In this document: piece by piece, positions 1 to 10,716 of the stretch
How the letters are laid out: every line of letters starts with the position of its first letter
Numbering within the stretch: the stretch's first letter is position 1
Source: Octopus bimaculoides
Lineage: Eukaryota
Assembly: GCF_001194135.2 (NCBI RefSeq)
Contig: NC_068998.1
Coordinates: forward strand, 29,105,320-29,154,617
DNA: 49,298 nucleotides
Direction: 5' to 3'
Program-made: the position numbers and the translations under genes
Notes under the pieces: model-generated
Database searches by the model: none
Told to the model about the DNA's origin: nothing
What the model saw: only the letters and a program-made list of their open reading frames with translations

Positions 1-1404
1 CATTCTGTTATATGGACTGTTAGATATGTAATTCGTCTGACGTTCCGTGTGTCATGTGGTTCGTCTGAGTTCATTGTTTCATTGTTGTTGTCTTGTGGGA
101 CTGTCGTAGTAAAATGTCATTGATATATATATGGCGGACATGACTTTTGTTTATTCATAACGAACATTGGGTGAGTGCGTTCTTTGTATGTAATTGAACA
201 ATAAATGTAATAATTAAATTGTATAACTCGTTGTGTTATCTCTACGAGTCACCCGAGGGAAACATAACACATTCATTTAGAGGTTCTCTGAATCAAAGAA
301 TTGTTTCTGATCATCTCAATTACTTTAGAAATGTTGGTGGTAAATGGGTTAATTTATTGGTTCATAGAGACAGGGATAGAATTTAGTTAGAATCACGTAG
401 TGTGACCCCTATTTTCTCGGAAAAAATACCCTTAAAGATCAAAGTGATTATAATTCTTCATTAAGAAGGAAGAGTTTCAGAGTAATGGACAGGATTGGCA
501 GAGTAGAATTTATATAGTTAAAATTGACTTGTTGTGAATTGGTGTAACTATGGTGACATGCATTCCATTGTTGTTGTGTAGCTCTAGGTCAGTTTTAGTT
601 CAACAGTCATATAGCATGCAAATATTTAGTCAAACAATTGGGTATAACCCACAAATCTTTTGTTCCAGTTATATAATGCTTTTACTGAATTGAAAACCAC
701 ACAGCACACTCCCACATGCAGTAATAATTTGTGTGAGGAGCAGTATGATAGTCTAAAAATCATCTAAAGTTATAATATATATAGTATGTTGTTTAGACCT
801 GTGGTGTGAAGGGTTACTACAGGTTGAGACATCAAAGAATTAGATCTAAAATTGTAAGGGAAGAAATGGGGAAGTCAAGTGTGAGAATATTGTACACCAT
901 AGACAAGATATTACAGAAATTAATATTAGGACCTTTCAGTGCTTGCATTAAAAAGTACAGTTAAAAAAAATGAATGTGGTGGTAATGGTGGTGGTGCTAG
1001 TGGTAGTAGTGGCATGAGAACTGTGACGGATGCATGTACTTCTCATCTATTTAACACCAAATCAGCCCTGATTGAGCAGACCTGTGTTCAAATGCATTCA
1101 AGCTGTAACGACTGTCTTGTATATTCAAGGATTATACTATCCAATGTATTCTTATCGTCTTTAAAGCGATAAGGTGAAATTTGAAGGGCTGTTTGGTTGA
1201 TATTTCTAGTTGGTCAAATGTCTACATAGATATTCCTTTGTCGGTTTCTTACACTTGGGTTCAGCAAGGTAGCAAGAAAGAAACAGGAAAAGATGCTAGT
1301 ATCATGTCTGAGCATGTGTGTGTGTGTGTTTGTGTTTATATATGTGTGTGTGTGTGCGTGTGTGTATGTATGCATGTATGTATAACCAAAGATCTCTCTC
1401 TCTC

Positions 1405-1961
1405 TCTATGAGTGAAAGGAAGAGTGTATGATGCATGTATATGAGCTGCAATGCTACATGTTTGACAGAACACAAGTGTATTGAAAGAAAAGTTAGGCAT
1501 AAGAAGAATTATATGCAGTGTGCAAGAAAGGAGACTACACTGATTTGGTCATGTGATGCAGATGGACACGAACAGTTGCATAAAGAAGTTCCAACCACTT
1601 AAAGTGGAAGGAAATTGTGGAAGAGGGAGATCCAGGAAGACATGGGATAAAGTATTGAAGGCTGATCTCAAAACACTGAGCCTTGTGAAGGAGACGACGG
1701 AGAACCGAGATATGTGGCTCATTGCTGTACTCAAGAACACCTACCCACCACAACATGTAAAAAGCACTGGTGTTGATGCCACGTAAAAAGCACCAAGTAA
1801 AGTGGTTAGCATTAGGAAGGGCATCCAGCAGTAGAAACCAAGCCAAAACAGACAATGGAACCTGGTGTGGGCCCCTAGCCTTGCCAGCTCCTGTCAAGGC
1901 TTTCCAATCCATGCCAACATGGAAAACGGACATTAAATGATGATGATGATGATGATGATGA
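1405..1961 (+). mobile_element. RTE-clade LINE, 5'-truncated 3' fragment with (GAT)n tail
   Basis: Degenerate C-terminal ORF (QERRLxWFGHVMQM...GRGRSRKTW), then the AGGAAGGGCATCCAGC 3' UTR motif and GGACATTAAATGATGATGAT tail. Homologous to 3280-4480, 31680-33975 and 46493-47274. Confidence 0.8.
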
Positions 1962-2016
1962 TATATGTGGTTTATCGTTATTGAGCAGTGGAAGTGTGGC
2001 TTGCAATTATATAGTC

Positions 2017-2091
2017 CAGTGGTTCCCAATAGAGGTTTCCAACCCTTTTATTTAAATGAGTTTTCCCATGGACCCCTTTTAATATGCTCAT

Positions 2092-2125
<34 letters not shown>

Positions 2126-2396
2126 GTTTAAAATAAATAAATAGACATAATATAATGTCTAACAATTGATGTATACTATCTCTGGATCCCCTCCATTTTA
2201 TATATTCATATATATATGTGTGTGTGTGGCTCATTGCTGTACTCAAGAAAACCTGCCCACTACAACATGTAAAAAAGCACTGGTGTTGATGCCACATAAA
2301 GAGCACCCAGTACATATATGAAATTTTGAATTTAGTTCACAGACCCCCCCAGTACTACCTTTGTGGACCACCAGGGGTCCAGGTTGGGAACCACTG
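2017..2396. mobile_element. hAT-superfamily MITE (380 bp)
   Basis: 13-bp perfect TIR CAGTGGTTCCCAA/TTGGGAACCACTG and exact 8-bp target-site duplication ATATAGTC (2009-2016, 2397-2404). An 8-bp TSD is diagnostic of hAT. Confidence 0.9.
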
Positions 2397-3279
2397 ATAT
2401 AGTCAAATGATGTTTATTTCTGCAAAAATTTACATGACTAGTCTAACCTACAGCTAGCTTATTGTTTTAAATGTGAGCTTAATGGAAAACAATATTTCTG
2501 TATGATGCCCACAAAGTCGCAAGTAATCAGTTCTTTTCCTGCTAAAATTAGTTTCTTTGCTCGAGTGAGTCTACTATAATCAATAAATACAAACTTTACC
2601 CTGCCAAGAAAGCAGCTGTAAACAGGAATCTAAAGAAGACCATTGCTGACACCACTCTACAATGGGAAAATGTAAACAAACTATTTTTTGCCGTCGAAGA
2701 TGACATTCACACTCATATACCCTTCTCACCAAAAAAAAAAAAAAAACACAGCTATTTAGCAAATCATTTTATTTTTCTCTTTGTTTCTTTTACCAACAGT
2801 AATTTTTGCTTTAGAAACACAAATTGACAATGTACATTTAACTAGTATTTCTAGTAAAAATTTCTTTTTATCTAGCTTGCTAAAACGTGATTCTTTTAGT
2901 AAAACATATTTTTGTTAAGCTGAATGACTCCATATTTTGTTTTACTCAATGGACATTTTGATAGTGAACAAACTTTTAAGTTGCTGAAAAACTAATTTTA
3001 AGTTTTTACTTCTCATTGCTTTATACATTGTCTAACATATGCATTTAGTTTGCTCAAGCACATGGTCTTTTGTAGATATTTTTCTATGTATGACCATCAA
3101 CTGCCATTTTATTTCCTCTTCATCTTCAGAGTTCTCCTGTTAATTCTTACTTCTTAATTTATTATCATTCTGTTAGACAATGTATATTAGGTTAAACAAC
3201 TTTAGTGAGTAAACATAATTGTGAGTGTGTATATATTGATATATTCCTGGTGGGGCAACAGCAGAAGTACCAAGCCAAA

Positions 3280-4480
3280 AATAACCCCCTGTACTTGGCT
3301 TTTGTCTTTGTTGGAGAAAGCCTTCAACAAAGTCCCTCACTCCTGGCTGGTGAGAGTGGTTGGTGAGACCTGTACAAGCCATGTAGAGGGATGCTATCAG
3401 TAAGGTGGGGGTTGGCAGCAAGTATAGCAATGAATTCATGCTACAAGTAGAGCTCACCGGAGATCAGTCCTCAGCCCCTTTTTGTTCATAGTCCTCCAAG
3501 CAATAACAAGAATTTAAGTTGAGCTACCCCTGGGAGCTCCTCTATGCTGATGACCTTGTTCTTAGAGCTGAATCACTACGAGAATTAGAGAAGAAATTTC
3601 AGGTGTGGAAGCAAGGTCTAGAATCAAAGAGTTAATTTACCAAAAACCAAAGTCTCAGTAAGTAGGAAAGTGGGAAAATCACAAATCTCTTCAGATAGAT
3701 GACCATGCTCAATATGTAGAAAAGGTATAGGTAGAAACTCCATAAGATGTACCCAGTGCAAGCTAAGAACACATGAAAGGTATAGCGATATCAGAGGAAG
3801 GTTACAGGGAAAATAGCCTTTGTCTGTGCTTATTGTACAGGTACAATAAGCACTAGAAATGTACAGAAAATAGACTCCATCAAATGCCAGAGTGGGGAGC
3901 CGTTATCTAGGTTATCAGCAGTAGAGGTGGATGCTCCAAGAGCATAACTGCTAGAATAAGAATAGGTTGTTGGTAATAAAGGGCCTCTCCCTCAGAGTGA
4001 AAGGCAGATTGTATGATGTGTGAACAGCCATGCTACATCACAGAGAAATGTGGGCTGTGACTGCCGAGGACATGCTGAGGCTTGAAAGAAATGAAGCTAG
4101 TATGCTTCACTGGATGTGCAATGTCAGCATGCATGTATGACAGAGTATAAGCATCTTGAGAGAAAAACTGGGCATGAAAGGTATCAGACGTAGTGTGCAA
4201 GAGAGACAACTGTGCTAGTATGGTCATGTGATGCATGGACAGCTGTGTAAAGAAATGCCAATCTCTGGCTGTAGAGGGAACTTGTGGAAGAGATAGACCC
4301 AGGAAGACATAGGATGAGGTGGTGAAGCCTGATCTTTGACTGTTAGGCCTCACAGAGGCAATGACAAGTGACTGAAACTTTTGGTGATATGCTGTGCTTG
4401 AGAAGACTTGCCAAGCCAAGTGAAAACGTAGTCAAGGCCAATGCCTGTGTCATGTAAATAGCACCCATGCCAGTGGACGG
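3280..4480 (+). mobile_element. RTE-clade LINE relic with reverse transcriptase fragment
   Basis: LEKAFNKVPHS, G..QGSVLSPLLF, PWELLYADDLVL motifs with frameshifts and stops, followed by the same C-terminal region as the other RTE copies. Confidence 0.88.
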
Positions 4481-5897
4481 ACTGACATATGTATGTATAT
4501 ATGTATGTTAAAAACAGAGAACAGGCAAACAAAAAGTGGTATCACTTTAAAGCTTTTTATTTATAATTTGTAATTTAAACATAGTGCAGAGTAGTTATAG
4601 TAAATAGGTAAAATCTCTTACAGCTGTTTCTAGAATAACTACACATGTGGAGCATGTGTTATTGAGCAAGAATTTTCATGTAAGCTAAGTATTCCATCAC
4701 CATAGAGAGAGAGAGAGAGAGAGATAAAGAAATAAAGAATATCCTTAAACAAGGGTACCAGTTTGTTGAATAGTTACCAGTTTGTTCAATAACTAAAGAG
4801 TGTCCAAAGTAGAAATATAATATTGATTGTTAGTTCCATAGTCAAAGAATTAATGAAATCCTTAACTAACAATAATATTCATTTGCTGTTCCATTGCTGA
4901 AGTATCAAGGAAAATCCAAGGTAAAAGATGGTAGAAGTTACTAGTTTCATCTTTGAAGAAAAAGTGAAGTAGATATGATTCTTCAAGGAGTACAGGACAG
5001 TGTGAAGGAAGGATAATAAGTGAATGAGTGTCAATGGTACAGTGAGGGCATACATAACATGGGAGTTAAAGGGATGTATATAGATATACATGTACATATA
5101 CAAGTATATACACATATATACACAACAGGCATGTAATCATATAAACTCAAATACATATACGCAGAAACATGTGCCTGTCCATACACCCACTGTTACGTGG
5201 TGTCAGAACGCGCTAGTATTTCACACTGACGGGTCTTTTACAAAACATTTACCGTATTTTTAAAGTCATTTTCACTTAAAAATATTTTGCCTATCATAGT
5301 GTGTCTAATACAAAGGTTAGAGTTTCTTCCCTTTCAAGGTGAAGTTATTTTCGGAGTATTTTCCTGTTATGCCCTGTTTTGGGTATTTATACCCCAAAAC
5401 CCTGAATATCTCAATAACTACTGGTCCGATTTATACAAAACTTGTTTTATTCCGTTCATATTCACATTTCAAGAACACTTTACTTGCAAAGTATTTTCCC
5501 ATTATGCACCAGTTTGGCTGTGTAACATTGCAAGCAAGCAAGCAAGATTGGACTTTACTGTTAATAGTATATATTATTATATTATTCAAAACAGTTTGAT
5601 TCAAGTTTCACCGGAGAACCCAACTCTTTCAGGTTTTGGATTGCATTGAGTGCTCTTTTCTCTCATCTATATGTGTATAAATATATATATATATATATAT
5701 ACACACATACATACATACACAAGACAGAAAGATATATCACCTCATGTGCAATGTGATTGTTTTCAATAAAATGTAAATTTTCTTAGAGATTTGAAAATTC
5801 TGATTTATTATGAATTATTGTATAGTAATTGTGTAGAAAATTGAATAGCATCCATTTAATTATCTCTAGTTTAACTGTTACTTTATTTTGTTTACAG

Positions 5898-6052
5898 GTT
5901 CTGAACTTGCCCTAATGTATAATGATGAGTCAGTTTTAGAGAATCACCATCTAGCTGTGGCATTTAAACTTCTGCAAGAAGAAAACTGTGATATTTTTGC
6001 AAATCTTTCAAGAAAACAACATCAGTCATTACGAAAGATGGTTATAGATATG
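5898..6052 (+). CDS. PDE4: PDE4/dunce cAMP phosphodiesterase, internal catalytic-domain exon (155 bp, phase 1 in, phase 0 out)
   Basis: Acceptor tttgtttacag|, donor ATG|gtaaat. Translates [52 protein letters not shown], the PDE4 [14 protein letters not shown] motif. Not in the ORF track. The preceding exon was not found in 1-5897. Confidence 0.97.
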
Positions 6053-6272
6053 GTAAATTTATATTAATTTCTTGTCAAATAATCAATCAAATATTAATTT
6101 TGTTTTCTGACACAATGTTTTACATTATTTTATAGGAATAATATAATCATATACTTTTATCCATCTATAATTAGTAATATTCACAGACACAGTGTTTAAG
6201 TGGAAAATTTATTGTTCATGATGAAACTGAATAACACGAGTAGCAAGACATTGTATAATGCCATTATATATA

Positions 6273-7111
6273 CAGGGTGTGATTGGTAAATTATTACCAA
6301 TAAAATATTTTTAATTTTACACATGCACATTGTTTGTTTTTAATTCTGTTGACTACACAGTATAGTATGGTCAATTGGGCACTGTCTGTGAAAAAAACAG
6401 CACCATGATGCAATTCACTCTACTGCAATTCACTCTACTGCAATTCACTCTACTGCAATTCACTCTAATTAATGGCCAGATGTGAGGACATGTACTAAGA
6501 GTGATAAAAAACATCCAGTCAACATCATGGTATTTGGAGTGATCACTAGTGACGGTAACATTATGCCTCCATTCATCTTCCCACAAGGCCTCAGACTCAA
6601 CATGGAGGCCTACATCAAGTACCTGGAGGAAGTGGTGCTGCCCTGGGTCAAGATGGTGGCTGCTGAAAGACCCTGTCTGGCAACAGGACTCTGCACCATG
6701 CCATACAAGCAGGAGAACCCAGTCATGGCTGTCAGACAATTTCTGCAACTACATTACCCCTCACATCTGGCCACCTAATCCTCCAGACTGTAACCCCATT
6801 GATTATTATGTGTGGGGTGCAGTTGAGTGAGAGACCACAAAACTCCTTGTAGCACCAAAGATGAACTGAAGGCAAGGATTATGGTAGCATTCACCAACAT
6901 AAACAAGGAGACTGTCCAGAAGGGTTGCAGGAGATTCTGAAGTCGTTTGGAAGCCTTGGTTGAAGCCAATGACGATTTTATTGAATAAATTTACTCTTTA
7001 GTATTTCAGAATATTTTAATGTAATTTTGGTAAATATATCTGTTAAAATGAGATGTTAGTGTTATTTTCATTTTTGCATAATTTAGACGACAGTTTATTC
7101 ACTGCACTTTG
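6273..7111 (+). mobile_element. Tc1/mariner DD37D (maT-type) transposon relic with internal deletion
   Basis: KHPVNIMVFGVITSDGNIMPPFIFPQG and WQQDSAPCH...WPPNPPDCNPIDYYVW, with 37 residues between the last two Asp. Starts TA|CAGGGTG; the right TIR is degenerate. Confidence 0.85.
6409..6467. repeat. 15-bp tandem repeat (TGCAATTCACTCTAC) x4
   Basis: Four near-perfect copies read directly from the sequence. Confidence 0.95.
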
Positions 7112-7150
7112 TAAATGTGCATGTGTATGTATTGTGCTTGTACATATATA

Positions 7151-8230
7151 CAGGGTGTATCAGTTTTTAGAAATCATGTGTATGAGTTTAGAAAACCTGT
7201 GTTTGTAAACAAATTGGTTCAAAATCTTGAGAATTCTTTTAATCACATTATAAGGAATCCACCGTTAGAATCAATGACTGCTTCAATATGAGGTTGGAAG
7301 TGTTGACATGCCAGAAGCAGATAATCTTTATTGGATATAGTGCTGGTTATGGTAAACTTGAGAGGTTTTATGAGTGGGTGTGTTAATTGTCCTTTGTCTC
7401 AATGTATGCCCTGTATATAATAATCCAGAGGATTGAGGTCCGGTGAGCTAGGATGCCATGTATCTGGGAGAACATGATTATGGAGTTTGACATGCATTCA
7501 TGCTATGGTTGTCTTAGCTTTATGAAATGGCACAGAATCTTGTTGGAAGAAATGCTTTCTTCCGTTGAATACTCACAACTTTCTTCAATTGACTCTAAAG
7601 CCTGCGCAAAAAAGTGAGAAGGCATGATATCTCCCTTGTTGCTGATGACTCCTAGAACCATCACATTTGCTGAGAACTTAGTATGTATGACCATTGGAAC
7701 CTCATTCCCAGTTTACCTCTTGGCCCTGATTAATGTTTTCTTCATCAGAGAAAAATCAAAGTATTTCAGCCCCCTGGTATTTTAACTTGTTTAGCAAGCA
7801 CTTTGCACAGATTGAATGATTCTCTCTTGTCATATCTGATATAAACTGACCCCTCTACATCGCATACAACTTGTACTGGATGTCCTCATGCACAACTCTT
7901 GTGATAGTGCATTCTGAAACCTTGAGGTCCTTTGCAATGACTCTGATTCACTTTCCAGGGTTTTAGTGCTTATTTCTTGGACATTTAGTACAATGTTACA
8001 TGTTCTGAAGCTACTTTGGATGCATTTTGCATTTAGGGGCAATTTGTATGCATATATACAAAGTGATGCAGTTTTATATGCATGTATACAAACTGATGCT
8101 GTCTAAATTCCACTGAAAGAGCTTTGTTTCTCTGCTTGAAACAAACTATTGCTCTATTCATGAGAAATTTTTTAAAATAAAACCAGAACATAAACACACT
8201 ACTTTGCCTACCTAAATGAAAAAAAAGAAA
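7151..8230 (-). mobile_element. Second, distinct DD37D (maT-type) transposon relic
   Basis: Minus-strand VHEDIQYKLYAM..GQFIS, HTKFSANVMVLGVISNKGDIMP and WHPSSPDLNPLDYY. TA|CAGGGTG end at 7151; the other end is not resolved. Confidence 0.8.
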
Positions 8231-8316
8231 TGTTACATGTTGCTTATGCAAACAGGAAATTCTGTTATTAGCCTAAGGTATAAATTTAAATAATTGTATT
8301 ATTTTAGTTGTCTTAA

Positions 8317-8541
<225 letters not shown>

Positions 8542-10322
8542 TGAAGAGTTGCAGATAATAATAGTTTAAAGCTGAATATTTGTAAAACTGAATATACAAG
8601 AATAATTGCAATTATATGTTGCAATAGATATGCCATTAAAGTGGAGATAGATTGAAAAATAATCAAACTTTGAAGCACGTGTGAATTGATAGAAAGCGTA
8701 GTGAAAGCACATGTAACTGAGTGAACTGATAAGATGCTTCCTGTTCAGGTGGAAACATTTATCTAACAGTTAAATATGTTTGGTGATGAAATTAGCCATG
8801 TGATTTCTTAAGAATGGTAAATATTTTATTTTCTACACTGTTAATTAGTATTGGCTCTAATTTCAAAACCTGCTGATCCAGCTTTGCCAATGTGTTCCAT
8901 TTTTGATAAATAAAATAAGTACTAGGAATAAACTGTATTTCCATTTTATCATATATATTTTTAACCTTGAGCCAATGCAAAATATTAATATTTTTGATTT
9001 AGCAGAATCATTAAGGCATTGATAAAATTTCCTTGTCATATTTAGTTTTATCCTTTTACATTCTGAGTTGAAATCTTGCTAAAATCAACTTTAATTTATA
9101 TACAATGAGAAACAGCACTTGATGTATTCCTCCCTCAAATTTTTGAGAATGGTTTTTGCTTAGCAATGTAATTTTATTGCCTGTAATTTTATTGCCTCAT
9201 GGATCTGGAAACAATTTCTCCAGTCATATAAATTTTATAATGTAACATGAAGTAATTCTAAAACAATCACAGTTTATGATACTTAAAAATAGAATTTAAT
9301 AGATAGATTTTGTTTTACTTCATAATAAAAAGCTGACAATATGAAACGACACAGAGTTCTAAGTAAATGACAATATGTATGTATGTATGTATGTATGTAT
9401 GCATGTATGTATGTGTGTGTGTATGTATGTATGTATGTATGTACATGCATACAACACAATAAAAAACTAATATACTCACTTGAATCTTCATTAAATCAAA
9501 ATAATGATGTGCATAACATTTATAGTGTATATATGGATCCAGAACAGTGTTAGTTGTAATATTTTGTTTCAGAGAACCTTATCAAAGAGACTTGTATATT
9601 AAAATTCAGAGGCTCACTTAGAATATCATTGGTAGATTGTTTGGATGGTGTTTTGATTTGATTTGATCTCCAGTGTCAAACATACCACATTCTTGAAATG
9701 TATTCATTCCAATAGAGAAATCAGTAAACAAAATATTCAGTTTTATGTGAAGGCTGGTTAGGTTATAATTGAATTAATACATACACTTGAAACATCTCTA
9801 AGAAGTTTCTCTGAAACAAAATATTACAGTTATTGTCATTCCACATTTGTATAAACACTGTTATACTCACCTTTTTTAATTTAATGTTGTTTCAAGTATG
9901 AATATATTGGTTTAATTCTAGCTTTGTCAGCTACCTATTTCTATATCAGAACAAATATTGACCAACAAACTGCTGACCAATATTACTTAATGTTCACTAT
10001 GTTAGTTCTCAATTCCTTTATTTAAAAAGTTTAAATGTAATAAAATAAAATAATAATAATCATAAATTTTACTTCAAAAGGTTTTTAATGAATTGTGTAC
10101 AATTATAATTTAATGTATTCTTTTTTATGTTTTAAGAAGTAAAAAAAAAGGATCAAATCTTTCTACATACACTCTCTGTGCACAAAGCTAATTTATAAAA
10201 CAGTTGATGTTCTAGGAGGTATAAAGTGTTTATTCCCAAAAATTTATATATCAACTATGCTTTTCCTGTTATTGTTAATTTATTCCATATTGTTTCTAAC
10301 TAAATTTTACACTTTCTGGCAG

Positions 10323-10505
10323 GTATTACAAAACATGGTGCATTGTTCTGATTTGAGCAATCCTACGAAACCACTTGAAGTTTACCGAAAATGGGTTGAT
10401 CGGATTATGGAAGAGTTTTTCATTCAAGGAGATATGGAACGTGAGAAAGGATTAGATATCAGTCCAATGTGTGACCGACATAATGCAACAATTGAAAAAT
10501 CTCAG
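10323..10505 (+). CDS. PDE4: PDE4 catalytic-domain exon (183 bp)
   Basis: actttctggcag| acceptor and CAG|gtgaaa donor. [61 protein letters not shown], with the DLSNP motif and the purine-binding Gln of EKSQ. Confidence 0.98.
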
Positions 10506-10585
10506 GTGAAAATCATATTCAACAATTTCTACAAAATATTGTTTTTGCCTGTAGTGATGAACATGTAATATTTATAGTAACTTTT

Positions 10586-10716
10586 AGGTAGTGAACTGGC
10601 AGCACCGTTAGCATGCCAGGCAAAATGCTTCGTGGCATTTTACCCATCTCAATATTCTGAGTTCAAACTCAGCCAAAGTTGACTTAGCCTTTCATGCCAA
10701 AATTTGAAACTAATAT
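10586..10716 (+). mobile_element. tRNA-related SINE, family A, internally deleted
   Basis: GAACTGGCAGCACCGTTAGC head, GAGTTCAAACTC B-box-like motif, GCCTTTCAT and AAATTTGAAAC end. Homologous to 13545-13820. Confidence 0.6.

Noticed and set aside
230-282. TGTGTTAT...GAAAC ATAACACA hairpin near the window start
   Set aside because: Lacks CUGANGA; not a hammerhead, and the element is cut by the window edge.
1535-2029. 164-aa minus-strand ORF with poly-His
   Set aside because: Antisense reading of an RTE 3' end; the His run is the (GAT)n tail.
5185-5650. CpG-bearing segment resembling a Helitron/Helentron-type non-autonomous element
   Set aside because: Probably a repeat, but I could not establish termini, hairpin or TSD, so it is left unclassified.
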